NCBI RefSeq assembly: GCF_018977255.1
Contig: NW_024704742.1
Coordinates: 19,780,001-19,844,000, forward strand
Length of the DNA stretch: 64,000 nt
DNA from: Callorhinchus milii
Lineage: Eukaryota
Direction of reading: 5' to 3'
Part shown: positions 12,937 to 24,391 of the stretch, piece after piece
Numbering within the stretch: the first letter of the stretch is position 1
Layout: each line of letters opens with the position of its first letter
Position numbers and translations under genes: made by a program
The notes under the pieces: generated by a model
What the model saw: only the letters and a program-made list of their open reading frames with translations
Databases searched by the model: none
Told to the model about the DNA's origin: nothing

Positions 12937-13392
12937 ACGACAACAACAAATTATATTTGAATTGTGCCTTTCGCATCCCAAGGTACTGGACAGTCAAGGA
13001 TTTGGCAAACTGGGGGTTGGGATCAGAAGTGGTGGAAGGTAGGAGGGTGAGTGAAAATTAGGTTGGAAAGGAGGGTCTTTAGTGGGCAAGGGAGAAGCAA
13101 GGGAGGTGAAGGGACTGTTGGATGGAGTTCCGAAGGATGGGGGCAGAAAAGCTGAAGGCCAGTCCGGGGATGGAGTCTCCTGAGTGGAGGGTGTGGACAG
13201 ATTGGCTTGAGTTAGCTGGTCACAGAAGTAGTGGGGAGCAAGGCCATGGAGGGCTTTGAAAGCAAGCACCAGGATTTTGAACTCTGTCCTGTGGGGGATG
13301 GGGAGCCAGTGGAGGCGGGCTAGGATGGGGGTGATATGTTCATAGAGCTTGGTGCGGGAGAGTACACAAGCTGCAGAGTTCTAGATGATCTT
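12937..13392 (-). mobile_element. L2 3' fragment
   Basis: (CAA)n tail; ORF LAFKALHGLAPHYFCD matches the L2 ORF2 C-terminus. Confidence 0.85.
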
Positions 13393-13589
13393 TAAACCCT
13401 TAATGTGCATATTGCACAGTACTGTAATATTCTGGTTACTTTAGGGCGATGCTGATGATAGTTCAACCAGGTTGGCTCATCGGCAGGACTTGGAAGGCTA
13501 GACCATTCATTGGGGGCAGTCACTCTTCCCACTCTGCTCCCAGGCAGTGCTCTTAATGGCAAGCTATACGGTTTTAGCTGGTTAAGATT

Positions 13590-13850
13590 CCTGCAGTACC
13601 CAAGGCACACTGGGGTCCCAAAGCCTTGTTTTTTTTGTCAACGTGTGCTTAATACTTTTCAGAATTAGGTAAGCAGGATACGTCCCTCCAGGGAGAGAAT
13701 GCACATTCCATCCTGCCAAATAACTCTGGAATTTCCATGTGTAATGGGGATGCATGGAATTCTCAGTATGGTGTTGATACTCTTAAGCATGGGTTTCCGC
13801 ATCTGCCAGACACACGGCTGACCAAAAAAAAGGCACTTCAGTGAACGTCT
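13590..13850 (+). repeat. Unclassified interspersed repeat (related copies at about 5061-5155 minus and 58175-58385 plus)
   Basis: Shared blocks ggtaagcagg..gtccctccagggagag..tgcaca, atttccatgtgt, gatactct(t)aagcatgggtttccgcat. Confidence 0.7.
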
Positions 13851-15589
13851 GTCAGTGTACACCAAAAACAGTCCTCTGCACCTCTGAGACATTTCTGTAG
13901 AACACTATTCACATTGTGCTTACTGCAAAACGTATTTTAAATCTTGATCTTGTCTTAGACTTGTTAAATATGTTATGCTGTACTGAAGACATTTTTAAGC
14001 AATCACTTTGCCTGACATTTTCAGGTATTTGAATACTGTGTTTCTTTCTTTCTTGTAATCCATTTCATAACCTGATCAACAGGGTTCATCCACCAATTTG
14101 CAATTGTCCAACCAGAGGTGCCCACTACTTTTATCACTCTTTCTTTAGTTCTGCCTTTTTACATCCTAAGGGGAAACAATTCCTGAACACACAAAGCAGT
14201 TTTTTGTTGCAGCTGGATGTCTGACAAACATGAAACCAATCACCATGCTTGAGTGTTCAAATCAATTGCTGAGAGTTCTGCACATAGATAAAATGTCTGT
14301 TTGTCTGAAATAGAGTGCACACTCCCTCCTTGAAGGGGTGCACCCTTCTTGCAGTGCTTTGGGACATCGTCCCGATGTGAAAGGCGCTCTATAATGCAAT
14401 TTTGTTGTTGTTGCCTAATCCCAGAGATTAGGCAAGAACCAAGATTGAGGACCCTGAAATGTTCTGCTAGGGTTTAACCAGCTAGAAATGTACTGCTTGC
14501 CATTTGAACACTGACTTGCAAGTTTCTCTTTGCTTATCCAACTAGCCCCCCTGCATGTTCAGGCTTTGTCTTGTTTGGTTAACAGTATCCGTGTGGAAAG
14601 AATCCATCCCCGTTAGTGAGTGACTTTCAAAGCACCAGATACCTAAAGCTAATTTCTATGGACCGTATTTAAATGATTAAAATCTTATTTACGAAATAAA
14701 TTGGGTTGTTTTCTTTCCAGCTGAAGTGTTGAACCATTTGCTAACAAAAAGAATAAATATTCTTTTCACAGTTCTTCAGTAGTCCGTCACTTGTTGAAGG
14801 GGAAATCATAATTGCAGAAATCTGACCTTGTTTCCAAATATTATTTAATTGTCGGAGTATAATAATTACATATGAAACTAATTTCAATGATCTGAAAATT
14901 CATTAGTACTGTATACCCACAATGCGGTGCAGTCAGTCTTTTCCCTAATCTATGCAATCGTGATGTATTTTCATAATTTTCTCTGATGTTAAACCATTTT
15001 TTGAAATATGAACTGGTAAAGTTAACTTGAAATTGTTTATTTTTGAAGTGGGAATACTTGAAGAGCACATTAATAATATAACTAAGGAAAGCTGTTTATA
15101 TGTGATTATGGAGACCTGACAGCTAGACGAGTGTTGACCTGGAATCTAATAATAATAATCCTTACATTTGATATAATGCCTTACCATGTCAGGCGGATAT
15201 CTTGAAGCTCTTCACAGGATTTATTGTATAGTGTAGTGAATGTGGAATTTGATTATTGTCTAACTTGAGTATTTTAATGTTTATCACTGATAGGGCCATA
15301 TTTGTAGGATTTTGGGCACCTACTTTTGAAAGGATATTGTGTTAATGAGCTCAGAAAAGTGACTGTGAATCTGGCTCTCCGGCTGCTATCCTGTGTAGTT
15401 AGGCAGATAGAATTGGACATTTTCTGTTGGGAATGGGTGGGAAATTGTAATCCATTTTTAAAGTGTTGAAATGTCTTGATGACAATGTATAAGTATTGCT
15501 GGTTCTTTGACAATTTAGATTGCAGGCTTAGAAGACCAGAATATATATGTTATGCTTGTACAGCAGAAGGCCTAATGATATTGTACTAG

Positions 15590-16030
15590 TATTGGCTCCC
15601 TATCCTTCAGAGGATCCAGTTCAAGATTCTGGTCCTCGCCTACAAAGCCTTCCATAGCTTTGCCCCACTCTACTTCTGCGACCTCCTAACCCCCTACCAA
15701 CCCGCCCGCTCCCTCTGCTCAGCCGGCTCCGGCCTGCTCCACGTCCCCCGATTCACCCGTCACCATTAGCGGGAGAGCTTTCAGCTACTCTGCCCCCAAC
15801 CTCTGGAATTCCATCCCCCAATCACTCCGCCTCGCCCCCTCCTTAGCCTCCTTCAAGTCCCGCCTCAAGACCCTCCTCTTCGACCATGCCATCGGCCACG
15901 CCCCTTCCCCTCCCCTCCCTTCTTCATCCCGTGATCCCAGCTCGGGTTTGAAATGCTGTAAACTGTCCAGCGCCTTGGGACGTCCTCCCAACGTGAAAGG
16001 CACTATACAAATGTAATGTTGTTGTTGTTG
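15590..16030 (+). mobile_element. L2 3' fragment
   Basis: WLPI.QRIQFKILVLAYKA.HS.AP-type coding remnant, stem-loop tail and (TTG)n. Confidence 0.9.
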
Positions 16031-16043
16031 CAGTAATTGTGGG

Positions 16044-18523
16044 ATGTTGGAACATGATCCCACAACTGAACACCAAGCCATCATCACCGAGACGATCAAT
16101 GACATCATCTCCTCTGGGGAGTTTCCTCCCACAGCCTCCAACCTCATAGCCCACCAGCCCGCTACCTCCTCCCCAAGGTCCACAAACAGGATTGTCCTGG
16201 GAGACCTAGTGTTTGAGCCTGTTCCTGCCCTACCGAACTGATCTCCTCATATCTGAACTCCATTTTTGCTCCTCTTGTCCAAGCCCTGCCAACCTACATC
16301 CGTAACTCTTCTAACGCCCTCCGCCACTTCAACAATTTCCAGTTCCCTGGGACTGAACATCTCTTATTTACAATGGACGTTCAGTCCCTCTACACCTCTA
16401 TCCCCACAAGGACGGTCTGTCGGCCCTCAGCTTCTATCTCGAACAGTGGCCCAACCAGTCTCCATCCACTACCAACCTCCTCCGCCTGGCTGAACTTGTT
16501 GTGACGCTGAACAACTTCACCTTCAACACCAACCACTTCCTCCAAATAAAAAGTGTCGCTATGGGAACCTGCAGGTCCCAGCTATGTTTGCCTGTTTGTT
16601 GGCCACCTGGAACACTCTTTGTCCCGGGCCTACTCAGGTCCACTACCCTGACCTCTTCCTCAGATACATTGACGACTGTGTTGGGGCTGCTTCCTGCTCT
16701 CGCAGTGAGCTGGAAAAAATCATAAATTTTGCTTCCACCTCTCCATAATATTCACATGGTCCATCTCTGACTCTTCCATTCCCTTCCTCGACTTCACCAT
16801 TTCCATCTCGGTGCATAGATTATCTACATATATCTCTAATAAGCTCACCAACTCCCACAGTTACCTGGATTACTCCTCCTCCCACCCCGCCTCTTGTAAA
16901 GACTCCATTCTCTTTTCCCAGTTCCGCAGCATCTGCTCTGACGATGCCACCTTTCACACCAGAGCAACTGAAATATCTTCCTTTTTCCTCGACTGAGGAT
17001 TCCCATCCACTGTGGTACACAGGGCCCTTGACCGTGTCCGCCCTATTTCCCACACCTCTGCCCTCACACCTTCCCCCTCTTCCCAGAACCAGGATAGGGT
17101 CCCCCCTAATTCCTCACCTTCCACCCCAACAGCCTCAACAAAAAATAATTCCCCCCCATTGCTGGCACCTCCAGGGTGATCCAACCACCAAACGTATCTT
17201 TCCCTCCCCTCCCAGCATTCCAAAGGGACCATTCCCTCTGTGACTCCCTGGTTCATTTCTCCATCACCACCAACAGTTGCTCTATCCCTGGCACCTTCCT
17301 ATGCCAGCGCAGGAGATGCAATATCTGCCCTTTCACCTCCTCCTATACCACTGTCCAGGGCCACAAGCACAGTTTTCAAGTGAGACAGCGATTTACCTCG
17401 GAGGATTGAATTCAAGATCCTCGTCCTCACTTTCAAGGCCATCCATGGCCTTGCCCCCTCCTACCTTTCTGTTTTGCTGACTCCCTACCAACCTGCCCGC
17501 TCCCTCCCTTCAGCGGGCTCCAGCCTGCTCCATGTCTCCTACCCGACCCGCCCTACCATCGGTGGCCGGGCTTTCAGCCTCTCTGCCCCCACACTCTGGA
17601 ACTCCATCCCAAAGTCCCTTCACTTTGCTTCCTCCCTTCACTTTGCTTCCTCCCTTGCCTCCTTCAAGGCCGGTCTCAAGACCCTCTTCTTTGATCGTGC
17701 CTTCAGTCGCCCTCCCACCTCTCTGCCTTCCCTCACCCCAACCTCACCCCCCCCCCATGCTCGCGTCCTGAACCCTTACTGTCCAGCGCCCTGGGACATC
17801 CTCCCGACGTGAAAGGCACTCTATAAATGTAATTTTGTTGTTGTTGTTACGTGTATTACCAGCAATGTAGATTACTGCATTCACTGCACACGATGTGGTC
17901 TCCTCTACATTGGGAAGACCAAATGCAGATTGGGTGATTTGCCGAACACCTCCATTCTGTCTGCAAGAACAACCCTGAGCTTCCGGTTTCTTGCCACTTC
18001 ATCTTTCCCTCCCACTCGCACTCTGACCTCTCCATTTATGGTCTCCTACGCTGTTCCAATGAACCACAGTGCAAGCTCAAGGAACAGCACCTCATCTATC
18101 TGCTAGGGATCTTACAGCCCTTTGGCCTCAATATTGATTTAAATAATTTCAGACCATAACAGCTCACCTTCCCCCTCCCCCTCTTCTGTGACCATTACCA
18201 CATAATTTGGGTCCCAGACACATCTTTTCTCTCTGGTCTACCTGTTTTGTTGCAATCCCCCCTCGTTTGTTTTGCATCATTAACATCTCTTTGACCCATC
18301 ATCCTCTGTCCTCTATCCCATTTTCTCCTTTGTCTTCCTTGCCTCCTCCTCTCTGTTAGACCTTAAAAGGCTTTCCCTTCCAACATGCCCCAATTGTGAT
18401 GAAGGGTTGTGGACCCAAAATGTTGACTCACTTTCCTTATAGATGCTGCCTCACCTGCTGAGTGTTACCAGCGACTTCTGTTTTTGTTTCAGATTTCCAG
18501 CATCTGCAGGGTTTTGCGTTTTG
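16044..18523 (+). mobile_element. Decayed Penelope-like retroelement (RT + GIY-YIG endonuclease + terminal repeat), interrupted by an L2
   Basis: Frameshifted motifs LLFTMDVQSLYTSIP, LNNFTFN..HFLQIKSVAMGT, RYIDD, PFLD, YLDYSSSHP; C..RRCNIC; NVDYCIHCTRCGLLYIGKT (GIY-YIG-like, about 17864-17920). Confidence 0.9.
17397..17846 (+). mobile_element. L2 3' fragment nested in the Penelope element
   Basis: RIEFKIL...HGLAP remnant and (TTG)n tail; TTAC duplicated at 17393-17396 / 17847-17850; removal restores the host frame RQRFT-CITSN. Confidence 0.92.
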
Positions 18524-20029
18524 AGTAATTGAATGCTTTGCTGATCAAACATTATATCAAAAAGGGGTTTCAATATATTTGAGAAAAATAGTTCTGTTTA
18601 CCCAATTTGTGAGGCACAAGACCTGGGAGTATTAAATGCTGACACAGATAGTGGAAATGATTGATTCCTTGGTGCTGACACTGTCTTGTCGTTCTGGTCT
18701 TAATGAAAACAAAATTGACCCAAAAGAAAAAGACTGACAATAAAAGTGCTTTATAGGCAGAGCAATTTGTGCATAGTCCTTCAGAAGCAGCAGAATCAAT
18801 GGCAAAATGACCCTCTCTCGTCCTATCATTTCTCACACAGTATCTTGAACACCCTGTTAACCCTTGGCTGGCTGTGTTTAGTGTAGATATTTGTAAAATG
18901 GAACAAATGAACACGGCTTTGCAGCATAACTAAAGAATCTAATAAATTGTGTTGAGGTTCAATGAGTAACACCCTATGTTTATGTAGTGTTGCCTTTAAT
19001 ATAAAAAAACTGCAAGTGCTTTACTAAGTTAATTAGAAGCTCAGTGAATACGGAGGTAAATTTTTTTAGCTTTAGTAAGCTTCAATATTTGACACATTGA
19101 CTCAACATATCAGGTATTAAAATATCAGGTATTTAAAGTGGATCAGTAGAAGAAGGTGCTTCCAATCTAGTAAAGGGAATCGGTACTAATTATTTTCCTG
19201 AAATATAGCTAGGTTTGACCTAAACATTGTGGTGTAAGTGCAAATATTTACGCAATTTGTTAAGTTGTCTAAAAATAACTGATGGAAAATAACATTCCTT
19301 ACCAAAAAGTCATTTGTTGTATTTTTTTTCGCACTAAATTCAGAAGTTTGAATCCCAAGTCTGTTAACTCTTCTATATCATTATACATTTGTCTAAACAC
19401 ATAACAAGGAATTGGGTCGTATTCAGTCACGATTTTTGTAATGAATGTTCAAAACTGTACTTCCACTTCCCATCGCTCTTCAAAAAGAGCTTCTGTAATT
19501 ACTAATTCCTTATGGAAAGTGCTTGCAAATCACAAAATTTAGTGAAGTGATCGCTCATTGCGGAAATCGGGCTTAAATAAATGCAGGTAAGTGTATATGT
19601 TGCGCAAAGTCATTTTCACATTTAGGTCTCAAAGAAATTATTTACAATGATGGTGAGAATTATTTGCTTTTTATTTTTGTCACATTTCCCCTCCCTTTCT
19701 ATCAGCCACAAACACAGAGGCCAATCAACCTGGCTGAGATCAACTACTGTATCTGGGTACAGACTCAGTTGGTCGATAGAGCAATAAAATTCAAAATGAC
19801 ACTACACAAATGCTTTCAAATACACAAATCATTATGGTAAAATTCTGTGACGTTTTGATAATGTGATACAGGGTTATATGAAATACAAGAATTGTTAGTT
19901 TTTGCATTTTGGAAATCCTAAGATATTAAATAAAATAAAGCTTTTTCCTGCTATCTAATCTTCCTATGATTTTTGAATTGCAACAAGACGCATCGTTCAG
20001 TGGTTCAAGTGTTGAGGGTGAGCGTATTT

Positions 20030-20480
20030 GATAAATAATAATGATTCTTCTTCATATAGCACCTTTCACATTGGGAGAATATCTCAAATTGCTTCATAGG
20101 ATTTACTGCATAATATAGTGACTGGATCTTGCATGCGAACGCAGCAGCCTGTTTGTGCAGAATAATGTCCCACAAACAGCCATCAAATAAATGACGAATT
20201 TTACCTAGGAGGTTGTTGGATAGGACACCGGGAGAAACTACCATCCTTTTGAGTAGTGCTATGGGGTCTTTAAAGTCCACCTGAACAGGAGGTGAATCTA
20301 ATTTTTTTTAACGTCTCATTGAAAGGTTGGTACCTCCAACAATGCAGCGGAAGCTCCCTCTCAGCACTGTACTGTAATATAAGTCTAGACTGTGAGTTCA
20401 AAGTCCTGACCAGGAGCTTGAACCCACAATCTTCTGACTCTGAGATGAGAGTGCTCCCAGACCAAGACAGGCTAATGCCT
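20030..20480 (-). mobile_element. Old DeuSINE (SacSINE1-like) copy
   Basis: Reverse complement has a tRNA-like head, caggtggactttaaagaccccatagcact, gctgtttgtgggacatt and an L2-like tail. Confidence 0.7.
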
Positions 20481-23400
20481 GAAAGGCTTCTCTGAGCTCT
20501 GGGACGCTACCCTGCGTGAGGGGCGCACGCTGTATGCTGTTGCATGCTGTTGTTGTTGACACCTTTGAGGCTGTTTGTTGCACTGCTGCACTCATCTGTG
20601 GCCCTCGGATGATTTACTGCTTCATGTGACTTTTGGGTTTTCATTCATGACTTGGTTGTTTGGAATTTGTATGGGCCTGGATTCAGTTTTGGTTCAGTTT
20701 CTTCTCTTTTGGTTCTTGAGTTAGACAATATTGTTATTAGACAGGGCTACAACTTGGTAATGCTGATAATTGTTTGAAGTTGCCTGTAGCTGTATTGTAA
20801 TATTCTTGCCTCTCAGTTGCAAGGTTGCCTCTCAACCCCCAGAAGCACTTGTATCCCACGACAGTATATTCATTGTATTCCTTCTTCCTTCCAGGCTAAA
20901 TCAGTACATAAAGGTTATGCTTCATTATCGTTTGGTAATTTGAGGAAAATAATTGAGCTGGCATCAACAAAAAAAAGCTTTTTTTCCTTAAAAATCAAAT
21001 ATCCATTCCAGGGTCTATTCGTTATTGTAGATAATCGAGTTCTGTTTATGGAACTGTTTATAGTTTTTTTTTCCTTGTGGGTTGTTGCCTGGTTCCACAC
21101 AGCAAATGCTCACACTGGAATGATTTAAAATCAGCTCATTATCGAAAATCGGAGAAGCAGACCTGCATCGTCAAACTGTGGTACAGCAGTTTGAAGTATT
21201 TATGAGTGTGTTTCTTGAGTCTGGTACATTCAATTTAACCTTTTTGGTGTGGTGATAAAGTATGGAAGATGCCTTCATTATACATTGATAGCAAAATGCT
21301 ATCTGTGTAATGAAGATAATTCATTTTGGTGACATGCTTATTGATGTGAATCAATTATAGCCTTGCTTACAAATGATCAAACCCAAAAACATTTTTATTG
21401 TACAGAGTTACAAAAAATGCACCGTAGTAAATTTTGAGTTTTTGCCCTTTTGCTAAATTTTTGGACTGTCCAGAACTAAATTGTACAAGTGAACATTTAA
21501 AAGCCTGTGTGTGCATGCATGTTCACACAGGCTTTTAAATGCATTCGAATATTTATTTTGCATAATGTGTCCGTTACTGGAGAAGTTATAGTGTGGATAA
21601 GTATCAATGAAACTGCCAGTAATTGTGGGGGAGCGAATGGAATAGCCAGCCCATAAGCACAATTACTTCTGCTTACATTGGCAATAACGTTTACATCTCC
21701 AACTTTCAGAAATCTGGTTAGATAACGATAATCTTACTATTTCAAGTGCTCTGGAATGCTACCCTGCGTGAGGGTGCTATTATAAATGTTTTAAATTGTT
21801 GTTATTTGTAGGTACAAAAAGGAGCAAAATTATCGATTGATTTGCCTCCCTTTTTTAGTTAAACGAAGTGTTACATTTTTGTAAGATAAATGCTGCAAAA
21901 ACAGTATAGTTAGTCCCCAATTGGTATGGTGGGAAATATTTCAATGATTCGCTTTGTATACTCTGCTCCTTATTTGCAGCTGTTTTGATGTCTGTTAATT
22001 GTTCCCTTTCTGTCCTCTACAAATAGTTTTGTGATGGATTCAGTGCTGAGCAGTGATTTGTGAAGCCAGTTTAAATGTACAAAGTGCCCAGTTACAAGTA
22101 CATTGTGAAACTGTTGTATTTGTGATAAGAATGTTCTCTGTAAACCTGCTGCATGATTCGAAATGTAGTTTACCAAATACTGATTTTTAGCTCATCTTTA
22201 TTGTATGGGCTGGGTGGTCTGAGCTCTGTTCCTGTTGCGAGTTGTATGCTTATCACATCAGACCACACATGTTGTGTTCTTATCAAAGAAGAAATTAATT
22301 TTTTGATGGCTTGCAACAGCTGCTGTTGAAGGCTCCCTACTTCTCATCAGTGTTCCTTCCTCCACCCAAATTTGAAAAATAAACAAGAAGTGGGGCTTTC
22401 AAGTTAAGCATGGTGGTGGTGTAGCACAGCATGCTACAAAAACATTGGAGGGCAAGCGAACTTAGTGAAACAAATGTCAGCAATAATTGGATTCTATACA
22501 GTATTTAAAAAAAGGAACTCTTACTCATATGAAAACAGGAGATTTGGTATCTACCCACGGGTAAATAATGCTCAGTTGTGGAACAGAAAGCACTGGGACT
22601 CAGAATAATGTAAGGAAACGTCATCTTGCAACACTGAAAATAGCACTACATTATTCTCCTCTTAAGTAAATGATCATTGAGATGGATCAGTGTTCAGTTA
22701 CATTTGTGCACCATAGAATACATGTTTATATTGTTCAATGACTTGTCAGGAAGAGATTTAAAAAAATGTTAGTCTGCTGCCAAAGAAGAAGATTTTTTGC
22801 TGGAAATTAAGCAATTGACTCATACTGCAGTGTGGTGCAGTAGCTGCTTAAAAGGGTTTTGCAAGGCTAAATTCAGAATGAAGGGAATGTTTTCAACGGA
22901 CGTTCATTTAAACTAGACTTTAAAAGGGGAGGGCAATGTTTTGATGGCTATAAATGAGCTATGGTACACGAATGTAGCTATAATTTTCTGAAACCAACTG
23001 TCATTAACTTTTAAAAGTAGAAACTGCTTAAACTATAATCAATATCACAAAGATGAAATGATTGGACTAGGGCAACCATCTTCCACTGAACGTTCTTCTA
23101 CTGAAAGTACTGATTCACACTGTGCTCTATGGGTATACCCTCCTATATGTATTCATAGTATATGTTGTTCATATATTCGCCTCAACAGAAAGCTATGTGA
23201 TGGGTACAGAGAGAAGAGTAACCAAATTTTGCCTTCAGTCTAAATCCATATGTAAGCATGTTTCAGTGGGTTCATTGGTTTGAGATTTGGATAGGGAAAC
23301 TTGCCTTTACCAATAGAGCCATTGGAGAGACTTAAACTATAAGCTTTGGTGACTGATGTAATTTTTAAAAACGCTAACATCTAAAATGCACTTGAGCGCA

Positions 23401-23627
23401 TTTTAGATGTTAGTGCTGGAAAGGGGACACCCAGTGAGTAAAATGCTCACTCTAAGATGATCTGTCATACAGTCAGATGTAGATCACAACCAACCACAGC
23501 AGTGTGACATTTTCTATTCCCACACTAATCATCCTATGGCCTTGCCTGAGTGAGCTCATGCTCACTAAATCCTGGGTTGAGAGTTCTCAAACTTGTTTCA
23601 CTTCCATGTCACCATTCTGTGACAGAT

Positions 23628-23835
23628 TTAACAACAAATTACACTTGTATAGCGCTCTTTATGTTGGAAAGACATCCCAGGGCGTTGGACAATCAGGGGT
23701 TTTGGTCCCGAGCTGGGATTTGGGTTCAGAAGGGGAGGAGGGCGGGTGGGGGGGTGGGGGGGCGGTGGTTGGGGTGGGAGGGCGGCCAAAGGTATGATCG
23801 AAGAGGAATGTCTTCAGACGGGACTTGAATGAACC
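23628..23835 (-). mobile_element. L2 3' fragment
   Basis: aacaacaaattacacttgtatagcgc...catcccagggcgttggac. Confidence 0.8.
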
Positions 23836-23869
23836 ATGGTTTCAGGTGAAACCAAGGCAATGTTTAATG

Positions 23870-24045
23870 TAGTGGTGGCCAACTGTCGACCCACGGGCTA
23901 GAAGTAGTGTTTGGGGCCGTCAAGCAGTGCCCCCCACTCCGAATATTCACACGAGCCTGGGTAGGTGGTTGTTCGATCAGTAGTGTATGTTGAATATTCA
24001 ATCAAGAACATTTATTTTGTTGGCCAACAAGGTTGGCCACCACTG
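23870..24045. mobile_element. hAT-type MITE, 176 bp
   Basis: TIRs TAGTGGTGGCCAAC / GTTGGCCACCACTG (13/14); imperfect 8-bp TSD GTTTAATG (23862-23869) / ATCTAATG (24046-24053). Confidence 0.8.
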
Positions 24046-24078
24046 ATCTAATGCACTGTGCATAAAGTTAATGATGTT

Positions 24079-24391
24079 GAGTCCTGTAGCTCAGTGATTA
24101 AGAGCACTCGTCTCACAAGCGAGAGACTTGGGTTCAGTTCCCAGCAGGGCGAAATCTTGGGCAAGTTTCCTTACCCCACATGCCTGATAATAATCCCTCA
24201 AGAAAAAAAAGAAAATAATAATTTGAACTCAAACCACAACTGTTTGTGAGTCACTGCTGCGCGCAATTCGCTGCCACATTTCACCCACAAATATACAGTC
24301 AATTCACTTTACTGTATATTCTGTGAAGCGCTTTAAGATGTCTAGAAAATGTGAAAAGTGCTATAATCAAATGTAAGGATTATTCTTTATT
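24079..24391 (+). mobile_element. tRNA-derived SINE, full length (short variant)
   Basis: gagtcctgtagctcagtg head with A/B boxes, ttgggcaagtttcc core, L2-like tail. Confidence 0.9.
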
